From positions 13,166 to 77,165 of the forward strand of contig JAZQUS010000054.1 in the NCBI GenBank assembly GCA_045631445.1: a stretch of 64,000 nucleotides of DNA, in the 5' to 3' direction. The position numbers and the translations under genes are program-made. Below are positions 35,577 through 47,053 of this stretch, one piece after another (position 1 is the stretch's first letter; every line of letters starts with the position of its first letter). The notes beneath the pieces are model-generated. The model did not search any database. It was not told the origin of the DNA and worked only from the letters and a program-made list of their open reading frames with translations. This stretch comes from Eubacteriales bacterium. Lineage in GTDB: Bacteria > Bacillota > Clostridia > Oscillospirales > CAG-272.

Positions 35577-37697
35577 TTAAAAGTCGAATACGACCTTGCC
35601 ATCTTGCAATTTTAAGAAGGCATCGAATTTTTTGCCGTTTTTAGAGGTGAATCCTTGAATTTTAGAGGTTTTGCCTTCGGCAAGGAGAATTTGTACGTTT
35701 GATTTTGAAATTGAACGTCCTAAGATGTATGCACCAACAGAGAATTTGCACCCCTGCTCTTTGTAATTCATACAACAATAGTTGTATTTCATTCTCTTTA
35801 CTTCGCCTCCACAAAGAGGACATTTGCCAACTAAGTCACCAACAAAACCACTATCCGTATCAAGTTCTATAGCTATATCTTTGGAATCAAAAATTTGAGA
35901 AAGTTCATTTTCTGTTAGTTTAATGGCATCTTCAATTTCGATTTGTCCGCGATAAACCTTCTTAAGCGCTTGTCCAAGTTGACTTGTTTTGTATTTGTCC
36001 ATGTTTATGTTCATTCTAATAAGCGATTCAATCATGAATATTCCGCCTGGCAGAATGGTATAAACATCTTTGTTGAGATTAATATATTGGCTATTTCGAG
36101 CATTATCAATAATTCCAGTTCTAGTTGCCTCAGTACCAAGCTCAAGACCCTCGAAAATTGCTTTGTAATCCTCTGAGTCATCGGCATTGTAATTATCATC
36201 AAACTGTGATTTGTCATCCTTAGCAGCTTTATCTTCTTTAAAAGGATTCTTGAGATAATTATTTAAGGTTTCTATGGTGTAATGCTTGGGGGGCGCAGTT
36301 TCTTTTTCGGTAGGCTTAAAGTTTATGTTAACTATATCACCTTTAGCAAGTTTAGGAAGAATTTTATCCTTTTGAGTGTAGTCATCGTATTTGGTCCAAC
36401 CTTTTTGAACAATAACTGTGCCCTTGATAGAGAATTCTTCATATTCGCCAACCTTGATTGTTATTTCACTACGCTCAACAATACATTCTTCAGAGCAGAA
36501 AACTGCGATAAATCTGCGGAAAACTGTAGAATATACCTTTAGTTCGTCAGGAGTAAGTTTTGAAGAATCCGGGATTTTATAAGTTGGTGTAAGAGCAGAG
36601 TGTGATTCGATTTTTGAATCGTCGAATATCTTTTTTGAAAACTTGAATTCAACTGGATAGCCAAGCTTTTTGCAGCTTTCAAGAATGGTTTTAACTTTGC
36701 CTTGCTCACTTGTTGCAAGGTATTCAGAGTTGGTTCTTGGATAGGTTAAATAACCGTTTTCGTAAAGCTTTTGAATGATATCCAAACTATGCTTCATTGA
36801 CATTTTATATTTTTTACCAAGAACATTTTGTAATTTTGAAAGAGAATATAATTTTCCAGGATGAAGAGTTTCCTTTTTTCTTTTAACATTAGTTACTATA
36901 GCGGTTGAAGCATTGTATTTATCACAAAGCTCTTGTGCCTTATATAGTTGATCCTTGGGAAACTTCTCTTTACCGTTAAGTTCTATTACCTCACCATTTG
37001 TAAATTCCTTGCTTGAAATAATATAGTAAGTTTCGGGAACGAAATTCTTGATTGCCATATCTCTATCATAAATGGCTTTAACTATTGGAACAATAACCCT
37101 GCCAACACGCAAAAGAGTACCTGTTTTAAGAGTTGCATATCGGGTTAAATTCACACCGTATAACCAGTCTATATAAGTTCGTGCTAATCCTTCATTTGCG
37201 AGGTTATTGTACTCATAGTCGGGCTTCATTTCGGTTAATGCCTTTGCAACTGTTTGAGGTGTTTGGTCGGGAAGCCAGAGACGGCGAATTTCTTTTTTGG
37301 TATCAAGGGCATTTTGAATGCAAAGTCTAACTATAATTTCACCTTCGCGGTCTGCGTCACCTGCATTGACAATCATATCAACGTCGGGGCGGTTACAAAG
37401 TTGCTTTATAATATTAAATTGCTTTATAACGCCTGCATCAACCTGCTTTTTGGAATCCTTTTTGAGTTCAAATACAAACTCTCTTGGAAAGCAGGGAAGG
37501 TTTTGCATAGTCCACTTATTTGTGCCGTCAGGAGAAGGACTATAATATTCAATATCAGCAAGTGAAAATAAATGGCCAAATGCCCAAGTGATTAGATATC
37601 CGTTTCCCTCAAGATATCCGTTTCGGTTGCTCATTTTTCCAATACCTGCGCCTATATTACGTGCAAGGCTTGGCTTTTCGGCAATAATTAGTATCAT
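35577..37697 (-). CDS. topB: DNA topoisomerase III (type IA)
   Basis: TOPRIM N-terminus (MILIIAEKPS), DADREGE, catalytic region GYLTYPRTNS, and a C-terminal zinc ribbon CPLCGG. Confidence 0.9.
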   Translation of the reverse strand: MILIIAEKPSLARNIGAGIGKMSNRNGYLEGNGYLITWAFGHLFSLADIEYYSPSPDGTNKWTMQNLPCFPREFVFELKKDSKKQVDAGVIKQFNIIKQLCNRPDVDMIVNAGDADREGEIIVRLCIQNALDTKKEIRRLWLPDQTPQTVAKALTEMKPDYEYNNLANEGLARTYIDWLYGVNLTRYATLKTGTLLRVGRVIVPIVKAIYDRDMAIKNFVPETYYIISSKEFTNGEVIELNGKEKFPKDQLYKAQELCDKYNASTAIVTNVKRKKETLHPGKLYSLSKLQNVLGKKYKMSMKHSLDIIQKLYENGYLTYPRTNSEYLATSEQGKVKTILESCKKLGYPVEFKFSKKIFDDSKIESHSALTPTYKIPDSSKLTPDELKVYSTVFRRFIAVFCSEECIVERSEITIKVGEYEEFSIKGTVIVQKGWTKYDDYTQKDKILPKLAKGDIVNINFKPTEKETAPPKHYTIETLNNYLKNPFKEDKAAKDDKSQFDDNYNADDSEDYKAIFEGLELGTEATRTGIIDNARNSQYINLNKDVYTILPGGIFMIESLIRMNINMDKYKTSQLGQALKKVYRGQIEIEDAIKLTENELSQIFDSKDIAIELDTDSGFVGDLVGKCPLCGGEVKRMKYNYCCMNYKEQGCKFSVGAYILGRSISKSNVQILLAEGKTSKIQGFTSKNGKKFDAFLKLQDGKVVFDF

Positions 37698-37729
37698 AGA
37701 TTGTCTCCTTTCTCGGCAAATTCTTTAAT

Positions 37730-37758
37730 ATTATACATTAATTTATTCACTGTGTCAA
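37730..37758 (-). promoter_or_regulatory. consensus sigma-A promoter of topB
   Basis: On the minus strand: TTGACA (37753-37758), 17-nt spacer, TATAAT (37730-37735). Confidence 0.7.
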
Positions 37759-37817
37759 TAAACAAAGCAATTTTTATTAAAATAATGCAAAAATACGGGC
37801 AAATCAAGATAAAAAAC

Positions 37818-37846
37818 TTGACTTTTTGATGTTGTTGGTATATAAT
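37818..37846 (+). promoter_or_regulatory. sigma-A type promoter of miaB
   Basis: TTGACT (37818-37823), 17-nt spacer, TATAAT (37841-37846). Confidence 0.7.
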
Positions 37847-37869
37847 ATTAAAATGATATATTATGTAAT

Positions 37870-39300
37870 ATGGAGAGGTATGTTTTGAAGACAAAAATTT
37901 TACCGAAGGAAGAAATAGAACAACAAATTAAATATATGACTCAAATCAAAGAGGAAAATGACCGCTTTGCTATTGAGAACGGTTTTCGCAGAGGCGCATT
38001 CGTGATGACGTTTGGATGTCAACAGAATGAAGCGGATAGTGAAAAAATAGCAGGTATGGCAGAAGCTATGGGATATGAAATTTTGTCATCACCCGAAAAA
38101 GCATATCTTATTGTTGTTAATACATGTGCTATTCGTGAACACGCGGAACTCAAAGCACTTTCAACTATTGGACAATACAAGCACATCAAAAATAAAAATC
38201 CTGAACTTGTTATTGCGGTTTGCGGTTGTATGGTAACGCAGGAGCATAGAGCCAATGATATAAAATTTAAATATCCTTACGTTGATTTTGTATTTTCAAC
38301 TTCTGCTATTCACAAGTTACCTGAATTACTTTCTCAAAAGATTAAAAAGGGAAAAAGACTTTATTGCACGGATGAGGAATATTCCGTTGCAGAGGGGCTT
38401 CCAATTAGAAGAGAAAGCAATTATCGTGCATGGGTTTCAATTATGTACGGTTGCAATAACTTCTGTACATATTGCATTGTTCCTTACGTTAGAGGTAGAG
38501 AGAGAAGCCGCAGAAAAGAAGAGATTATTGCAGAAGTTCGAGGTCTTGTTGCACAAGGATATAAGGACATCACTCTTCTTGGTCAAAACGTAAATTCTTA
38601 TGGCAAGGATATGGGATTTGATTATGATTTTGCGGATTTACTTGAAGAGCTTGCTCACATCGAGGGGGATTTTTTGCTTCACTTTATGACAAGTCATCCC
38701 AAGGATGCCACGAAAAAACTGGTTGATGTTATTGCTAATAACAAAAATGTTGCCAAGCAATTCCATTTGCCCTTGCAATCAGGAAGTGACAGTATATTAA
38801 AAGCAATGAATCGTCATTATCAGCTTGATAGATATATGGAAATTGTGGACTATATGAAGGCAAAGGTTCCTGATATAGTTATCACAACGGATATTATCGT
38901 TGGTTTCCCAGGCGAAACTGAAGAAGATTTTGAAGGCACTCTTGAGGCGTTGAGACGAGTTAGATACGATATGATATATTCGTTTATTTACTCTCCAAGA
39001 AAAGGCACACCCGCTGCAGAAATGGAAAATCAAATACCCAACACTGTTCAATCTGAAAGATTTAATAGATTACTTGCTTTGCAAAATGACATTGCTTATG
39101 AAATAAATCAAAAGCATCTTGGACAAACTATTCGTGTGCTTTGCGATGGTCCAAGTAAGAATAACCCCGATGTTATGAGTGGACGCACTGAAGGCAATAA
39201 AATTGTACTTTTTGAGGGTACTGCTGATGATATGGGAAAATATTTAAACATTAAAATTACAAAATGCGAAACCTTTGCTCTTGTTGGAGAAAAGGTATAA
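37870..39300 (+). CDS. miaB: tRNA (N6-isopentenyl adenosine(37)-C2)-methylthiotransferase
   Basis: UPF0004 N-terminal domain (FGCQQNEADSE), radical SAM CNNFCTYC and a TRAM C-terminus. The true start may be TTG 37885, which follows GGAGAGG. Confidence 0.9.
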   Translation: MERYVLKTKILPKEEIEQQIKYMTQIKEENDRFAIENGFRRGAFVMTFGCQQNEADSEKIAGMAEAMGYEILSSPEKAYLIVVNTCAIREHAELKALSTIGQYKHIKNKNPELVIAVCGCMVTQEHRANDIKFKYPYVDFVFSTSAIHKLPELLSQKIKKGKRLYCTDEEYSVAEGLPIRRESNYRAWVSIMYGCNNFCTYCIVPYVRGRERSRRKEEIIAEVRGLVAQGYKDITLLGQNVNSYGKDMGFDYDFADLLEELAHIEGDFLLHFMTSHPKDATKKLVDVIANNKNVAKQFHLPLQSGSDSILKAMNRHYQLDRYMEIVDYMKAKVPDIVITTDIIVGFPGETEEDFEGTLEALRRVRYDMIYSFIYSPRKGTPAAEMENQIPNTVQSERFNRLLALQNDIAYEINQKHLGQTIRVLCDGPSKNNPDVMSGRTEGNKIVLFEGTADDMGKYLNIKITKCETFALVGEKV

Positions 39301-39309
39301 GGAGATAAT

Positions 39310-39702
39310 ATGGAAATTTTTGAACTTGCAAAAAAACTTGGCGAGGCAATCGCTAAGGACCACAGACTTGTTGAATTTGAAGAAGCTAAAAAGGATTATG
39401 AAAACGATGTTGAACTTCAAAATGCTCTTAAAGAATATGAGGTACAGCAACAGGCACTTCAGTCCGAAATGCTTAAAGATGATAAGGACGGATTCACAAT
39501 TGATGCCATTAACGAAAGAATTAATGAATTGTATCAAGCAATTGTTACAAACGCATCATTCCTTCATTTGAATCAAATTCAGGTTGAAGTTAATGAACTT
39601 ATGAACGAGGTTAACAACACAATTACTTGTGCAATTACAGGTGAAGACCCCAAAACTGCTTGCACACACAACTGTGCAACTTGTCACTCTCAGTGCCACT
39701 GA
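39310..39702 (+). CDS. YlbF/YmcA family regulator with Cys-rich C-terminal tail
   Basis: Helical Com_YlbF-like sequence (FEEAKKDYENDVELQ...) ending in CTHNCATCHSQCH. Confidence 0.65.
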   Translation: MEIFELAKKLGEAIAKDHRLVEFEEAKKDYENDVELQNALKEYEVQQQALQSEMLKDDKDGFTIDAINERINELYQAIVTNASFLHLNQIQVEVNELMNEVNNTITCAITGEDPKTACTHNCATCHSQCH

Positions 39703-39736
39703 TATACACATTTTTTAGATAAGGAGGATTGTCCAT

Positions 39737-42322
39737 ATGACACCAATGATGGAACAATACTTTGAAATAAAAAATAAATATAAAGATTTTCTCCTTTTTT
39801 ACCGTTTGGGTGATTTTTATGAGATGTTCTTTGACGATGCAATTCTTGCATCTCGTGAGCTTGAATTAACTCTTACGGGTAGAGATTGCGGTGAGGAGGA
39901 GCGCGCGCCTATGTGCGGTGTTCCTTACCATAGCTCTGAAACCTACATAGGAAGACTTATTGAAAAGGGATATAAGGTTGCAATTTGCGAGCAGATGGAA
40001 GATCCCGCTCTTGCTAAGGGTCTTGTTCGTCGTGATGTAACAAGAATAGTTACACCTGGTACGCTTATTGAATCCAATCTTCTTAATGAAAATCAAAATA
40101 ATTACCTTTGTGCAATTTGTTTTGATACTGATGAAGTTGGCGTTTGTTTTGCGGATGTATCCACAGGACAAGCATTTGCAACATCATTTTCGGGCAAGGA
40201 AATGATCTCAAAGCTCAATACTGAGCTTTCAACATATAGACCAAGTGAGATAATTGTTAACATTTCTCTTGATACACTCCGCGATAAAGGACAGTTTATT
40301 AAAGAAAGAGTTTCATCTCTTGTTTCAGATGATCAAGCATTTAGATTTGACTACAATTCTGCTTATGATATACTTCGTATGTCATTTGAAAGTGAAAGAA
40401 GTGCTTGGGATGGTAGAAAATCAATCATTTGTTCTATTGGGGCATTGATTAACTATCTTGCAGAAATGCAAAAAACCAATAACACAAATATAAAAGACCT
40501 AAAAGTTTATGAAACTGGTCAGTTTATGGAGATTGACGTTAACTCAAGAAGAAATCTTGAACTTTGTGAAACCATGCGAACCAAAGAAAAGCGTGGCTCA
40601 CTTCTTTGGGTGCTTGATAAAACAAAAACAGCACCGGGCGCAAGATTGCTTCGCCAATGGGTTGAACATCCACTTTTGAAATCTTCGCAAATTTTGAGAA
40701 GACAGAGTGCGGTAGAAGAGCTTTATTGTGATTTTATCAAACGTCAAGAGCTTGAAACATTGCTTAATGATGTTCTCGATTTGGAAAGACTTTTGACAAA
40801 AATTATATACGGTACTGCAAACGGAAAGGATTTGCGAGCTGTTTGTAATACAATTTCTGTTTTTCCGGAAATTAAAACTCTAATTGCGGACTGTAAGAGC
40901 GAAGAACTTAAAAAGATATTTGAGAATTTCGATACTCTTTCGGATATATACAATCTCATTCAAAAATCCATTAAAGAAGATGCTCCTTTCTCTGTAAGGG
41001 ATGGTGGAATTATTCTTGAGGGATATAACTCTGAGGTTGATAATCTTCGTTCAATTATGACAGACGGTCATACTTGGATTGAAAAAATCACACAACAGGA
41101 AAGAGAAGCGACGGGAATAAAAACGCTTAAAATTAATTATAATAAAGTTTTTGGTTACTATATTGAGGTTACTAAATCCTTGATAAATTTGGTTCCTGAT
41201 TCGTATATTAGAAAGCAGACACTTTCAAACTGTGAAAGATATATCACTCAAGAACTCAAAGATGTTGAAGCAACTATTCTTGGTGCTGCAGATAAGGTAT
41301 GTGCGCTTGAATATAATTTGTTCCAAGAAATTAGACAAAAAATTGCAGAACAAAGTGAAAGAATAAGAAAAAGCGCGAATCTTGTTGCAACTATTGACGT
41401 CTATAATAGTTTGGCAGCGGTTGCTGCTAAAAACAACTACGTTAAACCGGAAATTGACGATAGTAATGTTCTTGATATAAAAGATGGAAGACATCCTGTT
41501 GTTGAACAGTTTGTTAAAGATACATATTTTGTTCCAAATGATGTTTATCTTGACATATCTGCTAGTAGACTTATGCTTATTACAGGACCCAATATGGCAG
41601 GTAAATCGACATATATGCGTCAAGTAGCACTTATTGTGGTTATGGCGCAAATTGGTTCGTTTGTTCCGGCAAGTGATGCAAGAATCGGTATAGTTGATAA
41701 AGTGTTTACTCGAGTTGGAGCATCCGATGACTTGGCTTCGGGGCAATCAACATTTATGCTTGAAATGAATGAGGTTGCCTATATTCTTCGCAATGCCACT
41801 CAAAAGAGTTTGATTATTTATGATGAGGTCGGCAGAGGAACATCTACCTTTGACGGAATGAGCATTGCAAGAGCAATCATCGAATATACAAATGGCAAGA
41901 AGATTGGTGCCAAAACCTTGTTTGCTACTCACTATCACGAACTTACCTCAATGGAAGATGAATTTAACGGTATTGTCAATTATAATATTGCGGCTAAAAA
42001 GCGAGGAGACGATATCATCTTCTTGCGCAAGATAATTCGCGGTTCAACCGATGATAGCTACGGTATTGAGGTTGCCAAGCTTGCAGGACTTCCTAACGAA
42101 GTTATTAAACGAGCAAAAGAGGTTCTAGCAACAGTTGAAAAAACTTCAAGAAATTTAACAACATCCAATACTAATTTGGTGGAAGAAAAGGAATCTTTAA
42201 TAACATTCGAGGAAATTACAGAAAAATCCGTTATTGAAGATATAAAAAAGGTGGACATCAATAGTATGACGCCGGTTGAAGCTATGAATTTATTATTTGA
42301 GCTTAACAATCGACTCAAATAA
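39737..42322 (+). CDS. mutS: DNA mismatch repair protein MutS
   Basis: N-terminal TPMMEQY...GDFYE mismatch-binding motif, Walker A GPNMAGKST and DEVGRGTST. Confidence 0.95.
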   Translation: MTPMMEQYFEIKNKYKDFLLFYRLGDFYEMFFDDAILASRELELTLTGRDCGEEERAPMCGVPYHSSETYIGRLIEKGYKVAICEQMEDPALAKGLVRRDVTRIVTPGTLIESNLLNENQNNYLCAICFDTDEVGVCFADVSTGQAFATSFSGKEMISKLNTELSTYRPSEIIVNISLDTLRDKGQFIKERVSSLVSDDQAFRFDYNSAYDILRMSFESERSAWDGRKSIICSIGALINYLAEMQKTNNTNIKDLKVYETGQFMEIDVNSRRNLELCETMRTKEKRGSLLWVLDKTKTAPGARLLRQWVEHPLLKSSQILRRQSAVEELYCDFIKRQELETLLNDVLDLERLLTKIIYGTANGKDLRAVCNTISVFPEIKTLIADCKSEELKKIFENFDTLSDIYNLIQKSIKEDAPFSVRDGGIILEGYNSEVDNLRSIMTDGHTWIEKITQQEREATGIKTLKINYNKVFGYYIEVTKSLINLVPDSYIRKQTLSNCERYITQELKDVEATILGAADKVCALEYNLFQEIRQKIAEQSERIRKSANLVATIDVYNSLAAVAAKNNYVKPEIDDSNVLDIKDGRHPVVEQFVKDTYFVPNDVYLDISASRLMLITGPNMAGKSTYMRQVALIVVMAQIGSFVPASDARIGIVDKVFTRVGASDDLASGQSTFMLEMNEVAYILRNATQKSLIIYDEVGRGTSTFDGMSIARAIIEYTNGKKIGAKTLFATHYHELTSMEDEFNGIVNYNIAAKKRGDDIIFLRKIIRGSTDDSYGIEVAKLAGLPNEVIKRAKEVLATVEKTSRNLTTSNTNLVEEKESLITFEEITEKSVIEDIKKVDINSMTPVEAMNLLFELNNRLK

Positions 42323-42336
42323 AGAAAGGAATTACT

Positions 42337-44379
42337 ATGGGAAAGATTAACGTTTTATCATTTGCTGTTGCTAACCTAATTGCGGCAGGTGAGGTTGTTG
42401 ATAGACCTGCCTCTGTAATTAAAGAGCTTGTTGAAAACTCAATAGACTCAGGGGCTAAGCAGATAACCGTTGAAATAAAAAATGGCGGCATAACTTATAT
42501 GCGCGTTTCTGACAATGGCTGCGGTATTGAAGCAGAAGATCTTCCTGTAGCCATTAAAAGACACGCCACGAGTAAAATAAAGACATCTGATGATTTAATG
42601 AAGATTTTAACACTTGGATTTAGAGGTGAGGCCCTTGCAGCTATTGCATCAGTTTCTGATCTTCGTATAATTTCAAAAACTGCAGATGCTACATATGGTG
42701 CGATGATTGAATCTCACGGCGGAGAGATAGTGGAATATAGTGAGCAAGCAGCACGAAACGGGACAACTGTTATTGTTGAAAATTTGTTTGCCAATATTCC
42801 TGCAAGAAGAAAGTTTTTGAAGCGCGATGCAACAGAAGGTAGTGCAATTGCAACTATAATTGAAAAAATAGCACTTTCGCATCCTGAGGTTGCATTTAGG
42901 TTTATTTCTGATGGAAGTGTTAAATTGGATACTCCCGGCGACGGAAAACTTGAAAACGTTGTTTATATCATTATGGGCAAGCAAATGAAAGATGCTATGA
43001 TCTATATTGATAGCACCATAAATGATATAAGAGTTGAAGGCTATATTGGGCGTTCAGATGTTGTAAAATCCAATAGGAATTATCAAAACTTTTTCATCAA
43101 TAATAGATATATTAAAAGTAAACTTGCTATTGCAGCTATTGAGCAGGCATATACATCGTATCTTGCTCCTGAAAAGTTTCCTTGCTGTGTTTTGAATTTG
43201 ACTATTAATCCTTCAACGGTTGATATTAACGTTCATCCCACTAAGCTTGAGGTTAAATTTGCCAATGAAAAGCCAGTTTTTGAAGCAATTTATCATTCAG
43301 TGAAAACTGCGCTTGAAGAAAATACAACGCGGCCTGAAATACAGATTGGTACTACTAAAAATGAATCTTTTTCTAGAATGTCATCCGAGCAATATAGAAA
43401 TATTGCAAGTATGCGTCCTGTATCCGAAGCGTTTGCTCCTATACAAAATTCTCCCAAAGAGGATAAGGTTGAGCAAATAAAATATACTGATATTCCTAAT
43501 ATTCAAAACGAGGAAATGATTGTTCCTCAAACGATTTTGCCTAAATCTCAGGAGAATCCTGAAACGGTTATTCCTAAAGAGGCATACGAAATGGAAGAAA
43601 AATATTCCAATATGCCAAGGGAGGAGTTTCTCAAACTCTCGCCAGACGAGGTGTTGGTAGCCGCTATAAATCACTATACGTACTTCCAAACGGAAGGTGA
43701 AGAGGATGAGGAAGATATTGAATTTGCGAGACTGGAAGCAAGAGGGGTTGACTTATCCAATTTTGATAAATCGCCAGTTGAAGTAGAAGCACCTGCAATT
43801 CCTGTTTATAGAATTGTTGGTGAAGTTTTTAATTCTTACCTAATAGTTGAGCAAGAAGATAAAATGCTTATTATTGATAAGCATGCAGCTCACGAGAGAA
43901 TTATTTTTGAAAGAAATAAGGAAATGATGAAGGCAAAGGAACCTTCCTCACAAATTTTGATTTCTCCTGTTGAGGTTGTTTTGACCTCTGCCGAAATTGC
44001 GATCGTTAATGATTATCTTGAGGATTTTGAAAAGCTTGGATTTAAGATAACACCCAAGAAATATAGCATATTGGTATATTCTATTCCAACCGAGCTTTCC
44101 TCCTGCGACGTTCAAGACACAGTTTCAACTATGGCAAATAGAATCAAAAACGGTCAGGGAAATGCAAAGCTGACAAGGGATATTTTGTTTGAAAAAGCAC
44201 TTTATCAGGCGTCGTGCAAGGCAGCAATTAAGGCGGGTAGAGAATACGTTGAAGCGCACACAGAGTGGATTATCGAGCAGCTTATGAAAATTCCCGATAT
44301 AACCTTCTGTCCTCACGGAAGACCCGTGGCAATGGAGCTTTCAAAGAAAAATCTCGACTATCAGTTTGAAAGATCATAA
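42337..44379 (+). CDS. mutL: DNA mismatch repair endonuclease MutL
   Basis: GHKL ATPase motifs (IAAGEVV, ELVENSIDSGA, DNGCGI, LGFRGEAL). The C-terminal domain carries the DKHAAHERI endonuclease motif. Confidence 0.95.
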   Translation: MGKINVLSFAVANLIAAGEVVDRPASVIKELVENSIDSGAKQITVEIKNGGITYMRVSDNGCGIEAEDLPVAIKRHATSKIKTSDDLMKILTLGFRGEALAAIASVSDLRIISKTADATYGAMIESHGGEIVEYSEQAARNGTTVIVENLFANIPARRKFLKRDATEGSAIATIIEKIALSHPEVAFRFISDGSVKLDTPGDGKLENVVYIIMGKQMKDAMIYIDSTINDIRVEGYIGRSDVVKSNRNYQNFFINNRYIKSKLAIAAIEQAYTSYLAPEKFPCCVLNLTINPSTVDINVHPTKLEVKFANEKPVFEAIYHSVKTALEENTTRPEIQIGTTKNESFSRMSSEQYRNIASMRPVSEAFAPIQNSPKEDKVEQIKYTDIPNIQNEEMIVPQTILPKSQENPETVIPKEAYEMEEKYSNMPREEFLKLSPDEVLVAAINHYTYFQTEGEEDEEDIEFARLEARGVDLSNFDKSPVEVEAPAIPVYRIVGEVFNSYLIVEQEDKMLIIDKHAAHERIIFERNKEMMKAKEPSSQILISPVEVVLTSAEIAIVNDYLEDFEKLGFKITPKKYSILVYSIPTELSSCDVQDTVSTMANRIKNGQGNAKLTRDILFEKALYQASCKAAIKAGREYVEAHTEWIIEQLMKIPDITFCPHGRPVAMELSKKNLDYQFERS

Positions 44380-45543
<1,164 letters not shown>

Positions 45544-45622
45544 TATTAAATTAATATAAAAAACAAAAATCTATTTATATCTTTTATGGCAAGCCAGCCA
45601 TAAGGAAGAAAGGTTGTAAAAA

Positions 45623-47026
45623 ATGAAAAACACAGAAAAAACAATGGACAAAGTAGTTGCTTTGTGCAAAAACCGCGGATTTATTTTCCCCGGCTCCGAA
45701 ATCTATGGTGGTCTCGCTAACACTTGGGACTACGGTCCTCTTGGCGTAGAGCTTAAGAACAACATTAAGCGCGCTTGGTGGAAGAAGTTCGTTCAAGAAA
45801 ACAAGTACAATGTTGGTCTTGACGCAGCAATTCTTATGAATCCTCAAACTTGGGTAGCTTCCGGTCACCTTGCAGGATTCTCCGATCCCATGATGGACTG
45901 CCGTGAGTGTCACGAAAGATTCCGTGCAGACAAGCTTATTGAAGATTGGTGCGAGGAAACTGGCTACACACTTGAAAAGCCCATCGATGCTTTCTCACAA
46001 ACAGAACTCAAGAATTTTGTTGAAGATCACAACATTCCTTGTCCTACCTGTAAAAAGCATAACTTCACAGACATTCGTCAGTTCAACCTTATGTTTAAAA
46101 CATTCCAGGGTGTAACTGAAGATTCTAAGAACACAGTTTATCTTCGTCCCGAAACCGCACAGGGTATCTTTACAAACTTTGTAAACGTGCAGAGAACAAC
46201 TCGTAAAAAATTGCCCTTCGGTATCGGTCAGATTGGTAAATCTTTTAGAAATGAAATTACTCCCGGTAACTTCATTTTCCGCGTAAGAGAATTTGAACAG
46301 ATGGAGCTTGAATTCTTCTGCAAGCGCGGTACTGACCTTGAATGGTTCGCATACTGGAGAAATTTCTGCCATCAGTGGTTGCTTGATATCGGTCTTAAGG
46401 ACGAAAACCTTCGTCTTCGTGACCACGATCCCGAAGAGCTTTGCTTCTATTCAAAGGCAACAACTGACTTCGAATTCTTGTTCCCATTCGGTTGGGGTGA
46501 GCTTTGGGGCGTAGCAGATAGAACGGACTATGACCTTACTCAGCACCAAAACGAGTCAAGAAAAGACCTTACTTACTTTGATCCCGAAACAAATGAAAGA
46601 TACGTTCCTTACGTTATCGAGCCCTCTCTTGGTGTTGAAAGAAGCGTGCTTGCGGTTCTTTGCGATGCTTATGATGAAGAAGTTATTGATGCGGAAAAGA
46701 ACGACGTAAGAACAGTACTTCGTGTTCATCCTGCACTTGCTCCCGTTAAGGCGGCAATTCTTCCTCTTTCAAAGAAGCTTTCTGATAAGGCGGATGAAAT
46801 TTATTGCGAGCTTTCAAAGTATTTCAACGTTGAATTTGATGAAACTGGCTCAATCGGTAAGAGATATAGACGTCAGGATGAAATCGGTACCCCCTTGTGT
46901 ATCACATACGACTTCGACTCCGAAACAGACGGTTGCGTAACTATCCGCGACAGAGATACCATGGAGCAAGTTAGACTTCCCATTGTAGAACTTAAGTCCT
47001 ATATTGAGGAGAAAATCAAGTTCTAA
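45623..47026 (+). CDS. glyQS: glycine--tRNA ligase (alpha2 dimeric type)
   Basis: 467 aa class II aaRS with motifs [15 protein letters not shown] and GVERS, plus an anticodon-binding C-terminus. Confidence 0.93.
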   Translation: MKNTEKTMDKVVALCKNRGFIFPGSEIYGGLANTWDYGPLGVELKNNIKRAWWKKFVQENKYNVGLDAAILMNPQTWVASGHLAGFSDPMMDCRECHERFRADKLIEDWCEETGYTLEKPIDAFSQTELKNFVEDHNIPCPTCKKHNFTDIRQFNLMFKTFQGVTEDSKNTVYLRPETAQGIFTNFVNVQRTTRKKLPFGIGQIGKSFRNEITPGNFIFRVREFEQMELEFFCKRGTDLEWFAYWRNFCHQWLLDIGLKDENLRLRDHDPEELCFYSKATTDFEFLFPFGWGELWGVADRTDYDLTQHQNESRKDLTYFDPETNERYVPYVIEPSLGVERSVLAVLCDAYDEEVIDAEKNDVRTVLRVHPALAPVKAAILPLSKKLSDKADEIYCELSKYFNVEFDETGSIGKRYRRQDEIGTPLCITYDFDSETDGCVTIRDRDTMEQVRLPIVELKSYIEEKIKF

Positions 47027-47053
47027 AAATCTAAAGAATAGGGGGATATTCCT

